Shown piece after piece: positions 13,301 to 24,369 of a DNA stretch of 64,000 bases (the stretch's first letter is position 1; every line of letters begins with the position of its first letter). The translations under genes and the position numbers were made by a program. The DNA comes from Balanoglossus misakiensis. Lineage: Eukaryota; Animalia; Hemichordata. The stretch is taken from NCBI GenBank assembly GCA_040954595.2, contig CM082583.2:12624987-12688986 (forward strand), given 5' to 3'. The notes beneath the pieces were generated by a model. The model was not told the DNA's origin and did not search any database. It saw nothing but the letters and a program-made list of their open reading frames with translations.

Positions 13301-16300
13301 TGGTTGCTATGCAACAACCTGACATCAAAGAGGTATGTGCTGTCATAGAAAGTTGAAATTTTGTGAGTAATTGGTGGGGTCTTACTTGTGATATTTGAGG
13401 GGGGAAAGTCTGCAAAATGTTGCTGTACAGTCATCATTGCCCTTTGCAGTAAACACCCCCTGAAAATCCAGACAAGTTTTGCATCACCACCACCTCACTC
13501 AGTTTCTTTCTGATTTGTTTTCATTGCTACAGTGGCGTCTCGATGAGAAAGCACCACACTGGAAAGATATGACTCACCTGACGTTTGGACTTCTGCTTGA
13601 TAGCGAGTTTGCAACCAGTGTATTGGACAAGGGACCACCTGCAGATTCACCTGAGGTAAAAGGGAAATATTGAACTTTGTTATGAGCTGATGTTTTCCTG
13701 AAGTCAAGGGGAAATGGCCACCACTCTTTATTTGCTCTAATGCTATTCATATAGCATCCCAAAGCATCACGAATACATGGTTGTAAAATGTCTTCTTGTT
13801 GTAGGCTGCTGACTTCAGCAGATTTTGGGGTCCGAGATCAGAGCTGCGTCGATTCCAAGATGCCAGCATTAATGAAGCTGTGGTGTGGCAATGTAGCACT
13901 ATGGCCGACAGAAGACTTGTCTGTCAGCAAATTATCACTCATCTGTTGAAGTTGTAAGTACAGAAGTCAAACTTTATCATTGGTCCCTTCCAGAGCCATT
14001 CACATCTCTAGTCCATGTTGCAATTTCCAGCCATTTTGTGTTCTTGACTGATGTCTGTTTGTGTGCTTGTGAGTTCTTTGTTTCATGGTCAAGAATTTAC
14101 AGTTGTTGTTTGTCTAATTCAAGGCATGCTGGGATTATACCAGACTCAGTCACATACCTGGGCGGCCATCTTGACCCACTGCTATGGCAACCGCTGGTCA
14201 ACGATGGGAAGCAAAATGCCAGAAACCGAAAGAGAAGAAAAGAAGAGATGGGAACGGGCGACGAGGAAAATCTAGCGGTGCTTCATGCATTTGACAGTTT
14301 GAATAAAATGCTGCGAGGTTTGGAAGATTTGCCGTTGAGTATAGCGTCCATACAGGGCTCCTCACCAGTCTTCAGATATGCTGAGGTATGTAGCAACTAT
14401 ACCCACCCATGGTTACCTGGTAGGACACAGATTGCAATGTGTGTGTTTAGCTCTGCTGTAATTATGGCTGCACATGTGAGCTGTTGTTTGTTCCCCAGGG
14501 AGTTGAATGGAAAAACTAGGTCCAATGACCAGGGGAATAAATATGAGAAATCAATATTATTATGATTATTAATTCCCATGTTGACCAACAATACAGGTGA
14601 TTCCACCCAGACCTGCAGACGAGACTATCAGTAAAGGACTGAGAATACATGGTTACATTCAGGGGCCATTGCCACACACACCAACAGACTGGACTCCGGC
14701 GCTGAAAGGTACATCAATGATCAATTATACTTTTATATCTCACTATCGCATATCAATTTTGCCCACCTAGGATACAGACATTCACAACGATACTGTTGTC
14801 ATTTTCTCTGCAGTGGTTTGTACCATGGAGGGCAGTGGTAAATGGCCTGACGACTTGAAGGCCATTCAGGCCGTCAAAGCGGCATTTCACGTCAGATTGG
14901 CCGATCTGCTCCATCAAAAACATGGCACTGTCACTGCAGCAACAGACAGATATGTGGACGTGTTACAGGTAATGTAGTCTATCAGCCCGCAACCATTTGA
15001 CATTTTGTGTCATCAGTTCTGCTGATACTAGTATTAGTAAGATTGACAAGGTTGATTATATACGTTTAAGAAACAGGACCAAAGCAATCCCTTCAAATTC
15101 CTATCTATGCCATAAGAATGTCGACTCTTTAACGCTGTATTTTATTCCACAGGATGGCTTTGTGTTCCGTGTTTGTGTGGCATATCCACGGGAAGTTCTT
15201 CTGTGGAAAAAAATGAAGTCGCCAGAAGGAATGGTGCAGCTCAGAGATACGAGGGAATCTAAGCTCCTGGAAAGAGAGATTATGGCATTACCCAAGTTAA
15301 CGTCTTTTCTCCATGGGTGAGTGGCCGGGCAGAATTGAAAGAATGTGTGCATGTGTGTCTCTATCTATAGAGATAATAACTACACAAATAAGTAGAATTA
15401 ATATGTGAAAATAAAATTATGTAAATGATAGCATTGTTTGATAAGTTGCAAAGTGCGCCCTCACTTGAACCATCAAATCAAATGGCTCGCAATGAAAAAA
15501 TACTAGTTATTTTGATCAAACAGACATTAGAGGTCAAAATTATGGTTTGTTTGTTTCTGATGACCTTGAATTTTGGCTGAGCAGTTTAGGGGACAGATCA
15601 CCTCAAGGAAGATGTTGTTTCTGTCACAAAATTTCAGTTGTTTCATAGCATGGGGTATTACAATGACGGTGGCAGGAAACCACAATGTGTTTTACCTCTG
15701 CACAACAGGAAGAACCCCCCGCTGATATAATTCCTTGAATTAATCTCCACATCTCCAATTATTTCATATTGTTGTAAAGACTCCCAGCCGATAAAATGCC
15801 TGGTATTTGTTTTGTTGTTGTTTTTAAAATTCTACAAATTTTAGCTAAAAATAAATTTATTGTACACAGCAGATTCAATTCATGACAGGATTTTGTGATA
15901 ATAAGTGTGTAATGTTGGCGTGGTATTGTTAATTCTACTGGTCATATCTCAATCATGAAAATGAGTCTAGACAAAAAAAAACAATTGATAAATATATCCA
16001 TCCATTATTGTGTACCCATGTGTTTTTTTTTAAATTGCTTTTGTGGGTTATTTTTAGAAAAGGCCTGTTTTCCATTGTCTGAAATAAATGCTCAATTTTT
16101 TTAGCTCTGTCTATTTCTATTTCTGTAGAGAACATCTGTCACAGAAGTGAGTCTGTTGTGTCACACAATCATTCAGTTAAATGTCATACAATTGACCCAA
16201 AATATGAAAATAACGAAGACAGCATGTGAAGTCCCGGACACACAACAAAATTATCAAAAAAACTTGAGTAATTAACATTGTTGTTGTTGTTGTTGTTTTG

Positions 16301-19300
16301 ATGCCTCTTTAATATTGTTTGTTTCTGTGACAGGGTTCACCAAGAGTTCAACAGCTTCAGTGGTACAGTCAGACTTGCCAAACGTTGGATCTCATCACAT
16401 CTCTTATCATCTCACATCCAAGACGAAGCTGTGGAACTCTTAGTGGCATACCTCTACCTAACATCTCAACCCTATACTCCACCAGGGTAAGTAGAAAGGG
16501 GGAAAAAATTAGTCCACTGTGTCATTTAAATGACCTTGCGGCATCACTGTTCACCATGTACCCCCTTTCACCGCCATGGTTCAGTCCAAACAGCGGGACA
16601 TGTAAAAAAAAACCTGCACAGATATGGGGGTGAGAGTGTGCTTTTTCCTGTAGAGTCACACAGAGGGGTGAATCAAGGTACATGTACATGATAAGATGTA
16701 TTGAGGACCATCTTAACTCAGCGTCATTCCGAGGAGGATGTTAGATTGAAATATCCTTCGGAGAGCCATCATCAGTATCTGTAAGGTTTCTCTCAACCGT
16801 GCCTGGACTGGCACTCGGATTCAAAGTGTACAACATTGATATTCAGGGGATCCTGAACATTGCTTTGGACATCTTATTTTGTAGCACTGATCTTGCCATG
16901 GGCCACGTCTGCAGCATTGGCATTGTGACTTGCTTCTGTCAAATGTCTCTCCTTCAGGGAGTAATTTGTGTTTTTGCCCCTCAGAGCTTCTATCAAGAGA
17001 GTGCCGAAAACCCTCCGAAAACGTGACTTTTTTGCCTTTTAAAGGCTTCCTGCCAGTCAGTAATTCGAATTGTTAGAATAGCACCTCTTGACCTCATACC
17101 CTCTTAGAGAAGTGCATTGCAATCTGGGAGATTGACCGAGAGTTTCTGTGATCTACTTTAAGGGCGAAGTTGTGTACCCCCCGCAGAGTGCATTTCAAGT
17201 AAAGGTGTTATTGCAACCTCTCAGTGGAGTGTATATTGACGACAACTGTAGTGTATTTCTTGGAACTGATCAGGAAAATTAAAAATGAATAGGAAGATCG
17301 ACTGATGGGAAAAGATTTATCCTTGGTGATAATGCGTCAGTTGATTGGCTGCGTTCAAGGTTTTTAGCATTGCATTGGTCGTAAATGTCTAATTCTGTTA
17401 TAGCCTTGTTGATTTCACGGTCTTGACTGTATAACAGCAGTCTTGCTGTATTGTGCCTCTGTTGTTTATTCCCAAGTGGTGACACTTCATTAGATGTGAC
17501 AGACAACAGTGGTTAGTCACGTCGATTTCTTAAAGACGCTTTGCGAAATAAACAGCAGAGACAAATTCCCAAGAATTGTAGTCGTGTTTGCGCCGACGGT
17601 TATCCCTGTTCTCCTATGTATTCCTCTTTCCGTGTTTTTTTTTCAAATGTCATAATGTCAGTGGCGTTCATTGCCGCCCACATGTTCATTAGATGTCATT
17701 CAACTCTTTGCAAAGGATGCTTCACGGTTTGCACACAGATACGGAGCAATTAAACAAACCAACGGTTTGAAAGATAAAACAGCAGCAGTAAAAGATATTT
17801 CAGCACTAAATTGAATTGAATATCAAAAAATTTCATGTTGTGATCTGGGTGATTGTTGAGAGAAAGGTACAATGAACTGATGAATTCGGTCGAGGAACTC
17901 TGTCCTCATTTCCCACAAGCCACCAGAAAGAGCCCCCTCACATGCTTGCAATGAGCTGCCATATAACGTTTCGACACGTTTTGTCTAAATACGGTCATTC
18001 ACATGTGTTTAGCGCGGCTTAAAAGATTGAGGTAAAACGGTCACTGTGCATGACTGTTTGACGCAGTCGCAGGTGGATAGCCAAGACTGGCCTGCGCATG
18101 TCGTAGATTATACATAAATGCGCTAATCTTTACCTCAATATTCCCACTACTGCCTGTGGTCGTTTAAGATTTGTAAATGTTGCACATTAGCAGTTTAAGG
18201 GTGTGAACATCGCTGTCATAAACTACCATCCTCAGCCAGCAGCCGTGGTACATACATTAAAATGCATACATCTTGTACCTGCTATGGCGCCCACACCTCT
18301 ATGTTAAACAGAGATGTAAAGAATGTTCCCTGTTACCATGGTGGCACTGTGAGTGATGTATCTGGTACAGGGATATGCTCCTTTATGGCTACACTAGACC
18401 TCTGGCACATCCCAGTGCTGTGTTGTTAGCATCTTAGCACTCAGATGTTGAAGGTCCTCTGTGTAGCCTAGTCAAGGCAAAGTTAGTGTAAATAAGTGAG
18501 TTTTCGACGACCCTGATGAACAATGAGAAAATATACTGAAAGAACATATCAGTGAGTTGATCAATGCTTGGATTGTAAACAGTTTTTCATGATGTTAGAC
18601 TCTCAATTCAAAGGAAAGCAACCTTCCTATCCATGAAATTAGAAACAGTTAATGGTCAAGGTTGTGACGGCTTATGTGTCATTTTATAATCATGTTCTTC
18701 ACGGTGAAATATTACACACAGTGATGCAAAAATAGAAAATGATATAGGTACGGTATTTACATCAAACAGATATGGCTGTACTTTGTGTCATATTTTGTGT
18801 GTATAAACCTAATGTTCATTTGACTCTGTATTTACTCAAACATATCAGTTATATTGGAACCCCACACTTTAATTTTTTTAAATTTTTTATGCGCAGGTCA
18901 CCAGCTGTTGGGTTTCTTCGCTTCCTCCATTTATTGAGTAACTATGACTGGAACACCTCCCCACTGGTGGTCAACTTCAACAAAGATCTCACAGGTGGGT
19001 AACAATACTCATTACCTTCAATAGGCTTTTGCTACCTAGGTGAGTGATAAAAATCTCATGTGGTCGACAGAATTTCAAGATGGCAGATTTCTGCCATATT
19101 TAAGCCAATGAGCTGCAACTCTATAAAAAAATAAGATTTGAATAATCTTGGATATGCTTTTAATTCTGTCAATCAAATGATAAAATTTAGTCATGTCAAA
19201 AGTAAAAAAGTATTTGGTTTTCAACACAGCCATTTTGTAGTAATCAGCATACCTTTTTTTGTAAGTATGAATTTTTGGTGATGTAATTGGATAGTGTGCC

Positions 19301-21807
19301 AAGGGAAAGTCCCGTGAAAAGTCACGTTATGCAGAATCCTGCAGATGACAAAAAATATGTGCTTATAAACCAAGTTAATTTGAGTGGCATCCATAGAGAT
19401 GTCCATGAAAATGCTATTAATCTGTGCAGTGTGCAGTCTTCTTGGCAGTGAAGTCTGTCCCCAATGCTATCAGGAATTCTACATATGCGTTGGTTTTTCC
19501 AGGTAGTCAGGGCTACAGCTCACAGTTTGTGATTAACGTTTAGCGCAGCACATGAAGGTGAAAAGGATGCCAGCTTTTAATATTCTTTGGAATTTTTTTT
19601 TTATTCTTCATCGTTTTTCATTCCGACAATGGTCCTTGACAGTTTGGTGTTGGTTAGCGGTTGCCATAGTATTATGATGTTCTGTGTGCATTGATACCCC
19701 CAGAGGGCAGCCACTTTTTTATAGCTTTTAATACACAGAGTCTTTTCTTGAACCAGCGCTGCTTGCAGTATTAACATGAAGTCAGCGCATGATCAACAAT
19801 GTCACATGCATGCCAAATTTGACCATCAGTGGCATGATTTGGATATTATTAAAGAACTCATGCTCGGACACGAATCAAAATTGTTAAACTGGGTCAGTTG
19901 TAAAACCATGTGAAATGATGTCAAAAAGCAACACATTGGAACAATTTGTTTACAATGATTGTGCAGATTTTCTCTCTTCGATATAGTTAAATGACGACCT
20001 ACAGTCCTTGATTGTATTGACTGACATGACGTCAGCATTTGGCAATGTCATTAACTGTGCATTGTCGTCGTCATCTGTCCTCTCAACAGTTTTCAAGATT
20101 TCTCATCATAAAATTTATTTCATTGATTATTCATCACAATAATAAAAAAACATCCTCTATCACATGAAGTCTGTAAATGCTCTACAGAATGCTTGTTGAA
20201 CAAGTGAAAAATACCTTCTATTTTATAATCTAGTGGTCCTTGACTTTTTAAGCATCACTGAAACAGCATTTGTGTAAAAACAACAACATTGAAATGAGGT
20301 TTTGGAGTGAGGCTTTTGGAGAGAAATTGTCATTTGATTATTTGTTGATATCTTTTGTTGAAGGTCCTGATATTGATGAGATCAAGGAAAGATTCAAGGG
20401 AAACAGGAGTCAGTTGCCAGCTATGTTTATCAGTACACCGTTGCATAAATATTCTTCACCATGGACGACACCAGAACCATCCAAACAGGTGGGTTCATCT
20501 ATTCTACTCAGAGGTATACGTAAGGTTTATGCACTCTGCCTAGGGGTGAGAGGTGTGTTCATCTAGTCTACATAATTTACAGTTCGTGTAATCTTGCCAT
20601 GGGTTGTTCAGTAGGTTCATCTGAAGTAAAATTTAACTGTACATGTTTTCTATTTCTTCTGTAGATTTTACAACGATTGGTGGTACTAGGAAAGGAGTCT
20701 CTGCATTTGTTGCAAGATCAGATGACAAAGTGCCAGAAGAATGTTGATTTTAAGGTTTGATATGATTTTAACAGGTAGCTCTGAAGCTAGCAAAATATAT
20801 TGAATAAGTTTCAATTGAACAAAGGAATATTCCCAAGATTGTTACACCTCAATCTGCTCAAGGCAACTTTAGATTACTTTGGGGATAACTATGCCAAATT
20901 TTGAATTAGAAATTCAAAATGGCTGCCAATGCAGAAAAAACAAGATGAGAAAGTTAGGTATTTATCTAAATTTTCTTACTCATTTCAGCAAATTTTCAGG
21001 CCACCCCTGAACATTTATGATGTCATTATTCATCTGAAGACAAAATATCTCCCACGAAGCATTGAAGCTGTAGATCCAGTGGAGGACACACTGACAGCTA
21101 AAGAGAAGAAACAAACACACAAACAAGTGACAGAGAATGTTCTTCCTGTGGTGAACTTTGACCCTCTGCAGAAGTACCTCCAAGAACTGCAGGTCAGTAA
21201 GACAACATCTTCACTGTATAAAAGACAACGGTCAGTTAATTTCAGATTCTCGTACTAGGTTTTGGGAACAACCCTGTAATATTCTCATTACTGCCTCTAC
21301 ATTGTAGGATTCATTTGGTGAACTGGCAATGTTCTTTTGTGACCCCCATGGTGGAAGCTTCATCGCTGTCGTGTGGAAGTCAAACGCGTTTGAAAGAAGA
21401 CCTTTCAAGGTAAAAAACCGCATCAAAACTTCTCATATACAAAGTCAAAATGTACAGAAGAATGCCTTTTTCCATATGTACATGTAAATAGCTGTGTTTC
21501 AAAACAAAAGTAAGGATTTGAAGAGATTGTTCCCTATCTATTAAAGACACCTCTCTACAAAAGAACAGTTTCTGTTTCCCAATACTTGACAGGTTGATAT
21601 GAACTATATTTCATTGATTCCTGGTTGTCTTCCATATTCCCTCAGGCGACACAGATGGAATGCCGGATACCAAAGATGCCACACACTCAGGGAAAAGAAG
21701 TCGATACGTGCATCGACGTGAAGGCGATCATCGAAGACTTTCAGATCACGGGACAGGGGCTTGTAAGATCCATCGAAGTAATGACAGAAAAATGGAGTAT
21801 CGAATGA
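10322..21807 (+). CDS. NOL6: Nucleolar protein 6 (Nrap/Utp22), 23 exons
   Basis: Motifs LKETETLYQSNLFSLQI, VVGSY, KDYLNFRYLRKRALYL, PTPHYNNS, DSTGYVNL, DKGPPADSPE, FWGPRSELRRFQD, EGSGKWPDD, GFLRFL, FCDPHGG. Exons traced include 15153-15316, 16334-16486, 18897-18994, 20364-20488 and 21646-21807. Confidence 0.96.
10859..10955. mobile_element. 97-bp palindromic non-autonomous DNA transposon (MITE) in NOL6 intron 2
   Basis: TIRs TAGCTGTGGTATGCAGCTGTACC / GGTACAGCTGCGTACCACAGCTA with internal poly-G and poly-C tracts. Perfect 9-bp flanking direct repeat ACCTACACC (10850-10858, 10956-10964). Confidence 0.88.
16688..18516 (+). ncRNA. Candidate large structured RNA within NOL6 intron 17
   Basis: Dense succession of stems with G.U pairs on the + strand (17296-17307/17335-17346, 17457-17470/17547-17560, 18026-18036/18129-18139, 18327-18373, 18387-18468). 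No long ORF. ATGATAA at the 5' edge and CTGA at the 3' edge. Folded by eye only. Confidence 0.4.
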
Positions 21808-23423
21808 AGAGGTGGAGTCATATGAAGGATGGTGTAACACATCCCCTCTGGCACTTCAGTGTGTGTGTGTGTGTGTGGGGGGGGGGTTGCAAAGGTTACT
21901 GTGTCAGATGTGGAAACTTGTAAACTGTCTCTGGTAATATTGATTGTCAGGGAAGATATCGGCAGAAAGGGTACGTTTTGCAACTTGCAACATTTGCAAC
22001 AACAGTGTCACGGTTTCTGGGAAGTTGAATATACATGAGACATGACACTACTGACAACTCTGTGATCAATTGCAAACCTTTCCGATATATATATAAATTA
22101 AAGCAACCATCTTACAAAAATATTGTCTTGTGTGTTTCAGTTGCTTCAATCAATTTGTTGAGTAAGGCTCGTAGGACGCACTGCACATGCCTGATACAAT
22201 CTGATTAAAATCAGATGTAGGGTACAGCGATGTCTTTTACTTATGTGGGACAGTTTTTTTATGCTCTGTACAATTTGATCACTATTTCCATGTTCTTCAA
22301 TTTGTAATCAAATGGGAGTAGAGTGTCATTGATGCCTATTTTTGTTTTTTTTTTGGCGTCAAAAAATAACATTGTGTAGGAAATGGCTTGTCTAATATAC
22401 AGGAAATTTAGCAGCCTGGGTCCTTAAGGGCTTCTTGTTATGTTGCACACAAAATATGATTCCCTTTTACAGCAATTTTTGTTATTTCCCCCCTAAACTG
22501 TCTTTTTTAGAAACTGCGTCAAGCTAAAGAGATAATGACGGAAATTAACGCATCACTGACGTGATCACCCTTAAGCTTAATGGTCAGTCAACGACCTTTT
22601 TTCCCCTCTGATCATCGACCTTTTTTCCCCATCACACCGACTGAGAAGCTGATTGGAGGCAGAACTCCGACACAAACGGGAAAGGTTTTCTTCTGTTCCA
22701 TCCATCACGAAGTCGGTTAATTTCCACTCATCCTTTGTGACCGCAATTATCTCAAGCTTTCCCATCAGTGTGTCCATCTAACACCTGACTCCTCGTTGAA
22801 GTCTTTGCACGCGTTCAGACCTCTGTTCTTTCAAACATCCGTCTGTAGAACAGATAGTGCAGAATCCCTCCCCCCCCTCCTCCCACATTCGTATAAAAGT
22901 GCGGATAAACTTGATGCACTGTGTGCCGAACAGCCCTCACTTGTAATCCTATGCGTGGGCAGAAACTGAAGGTCAAAATCCGTTGCTAATTTATGATGCC
23001 AGAGTTATTTGCTTTCTTGCTGCTCTATGTACTCCCACGGCTTTGGCGTGTATCACAAGTAATAACTTGATCATATATAACATCAACAAATGTGGAATAG
23101 TGTAAAGGTAAATCAACTACAATGTACTTATTTATTCAGCTTTATGTACAAGTTGTGTAGGAAAATCAGCTTCATTCTCTCATTTAACAAATTACACTCT
23201 AAAAATTTCTCATCTAGTACACAGTCACTTCACAACCGTGTCCATCAAATCAGTCAGTCACGATCTCCCAGCATTCTTTTGGTTGTCTTTGTCCCTTTGT
23301 TTGCATTGCCATGGTTACCAAAGTGGTGCTGCATAACACTTCCTTCATACATGAGAAATAGCGACCCCCCCCCCCATAGTTATATTTTGTCTTCATAATA
23401 GGTATACTCACAATGTAACATAT

Positions 23424-23485
23424 GGTGATGGTGATGATAATAATCATGATCATGTTGATCATAATCATGATGATAATGATGTTAT

Positions 23486-23518
<33 letters not shown>

Positions 23519-23547
23519 CGATGATGACGATGATGATGATGATGATG
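23424..23547. repeat. Imperfect (ATG)n microsatellite
   Basis: Run of gat/gac triplets visible in the sequence. Confidence 0.95.
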
Positions 23548-24305
23548 GACTGATCATTTTCGTGTGTGGTTTTTTTTTATTTGAAAAGTTTTAAAGAAAA
23601 TTTATATTTGGCGAAGAAAGACATCAACGCTTTTTTAATATACGCTGATTTCCACGTGTTCCTGAAGATAGTGCGATGTATTCAACACATTAGATACATT
23701 CCACGTTGTCACGTTCAAAAATCAATGACGTCTTCAGTGAAAATTTGCAGGAAAGGTTTGTGCGTGATAATCATTACACGTGTACTAGAAAGCCCTAAAT
23801 GTTATCAAATGGATGATGCACGTTGAGCTGTTCACCCGATGAATCGATGACGCATTGAAGACAAATATACATGATTGTACCTGATGCTTGTCAACACATC
23901 TTGGCACGAGGCCAACCATGGACTATTTTATTGATCTGTGCCACAAGGCGAGAGAGAATATGCGCGAGACGCGTGTGCATCTTACTTCATCTGCGTGGTA
24001 TGAACAACGTGAGTGGGTGATTCCGACATTGCATTTCCCTCGTGGGTTACATGTAAAGCACGACAAATTGCATATCATTTAACTTCAAGTTTGTCATATA
24101 AGCTGGTATGAATGTTTATGTGTCTGTCTGTCGGTTTGTCGACCGTTTCAGGCTTCGTATTTTTCTGTCAATTATCGAGGTCCGAAGTCCCCCACCCCCA
24201 TCACCAAAAAAGTTTAATATACGGGAATCTGCGATTTTTCTTCCAGCATTCCAATCAGTTTTTGCACCCAAGTGTCGTGGTGAACGACGACGACGGTGAT
24301 GACCA

Positions 24306-24306
24306 C

Positions 24307-24367
<61 letters not shown>
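24306..24367. repeat. (CAT)n microsatellite
   Basis: About 20 cat units; explains the poly-H/D/M/I ORFs in the track. Confidence 0.95.

Positions 24368-24369
<2 letters not shown>

Noticed and set aside
18513-18531. CTGATGA...GAAA hammerhead-like core
   Set aside because: No stem II pairing or flanking helices.
16487-18896. Intron-encoded telomerase RNA
   Set aside because: No CTAACCC/CCCTAA template on the sense strand.
19295-19515. GGGAAAGTCCC resembling RNase MRP CR-I
   Set aside because: No proper CR-V and wrong CR-IV spacing.
15560-20100. Collinear 6-11 nt matches to 28S rRNA (AGCGCGG, TAGCCAA, GCGCATG, ATTCCCACT, TGGCACTGTGA) and a 15/16 match to the SSU motif GCCAGCAGCCGCGGTA at about 18235
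   Set aside because: Only short islands with arbitrary gaps. A control stretch of InR intron 1 (31640-32110) gave an equally good chain (GAAATACCAC, ACCACAGGGA, GCGTTGG), so this is probably pattern overfitting. A cmsearch with LSU/SSU models would settle it.
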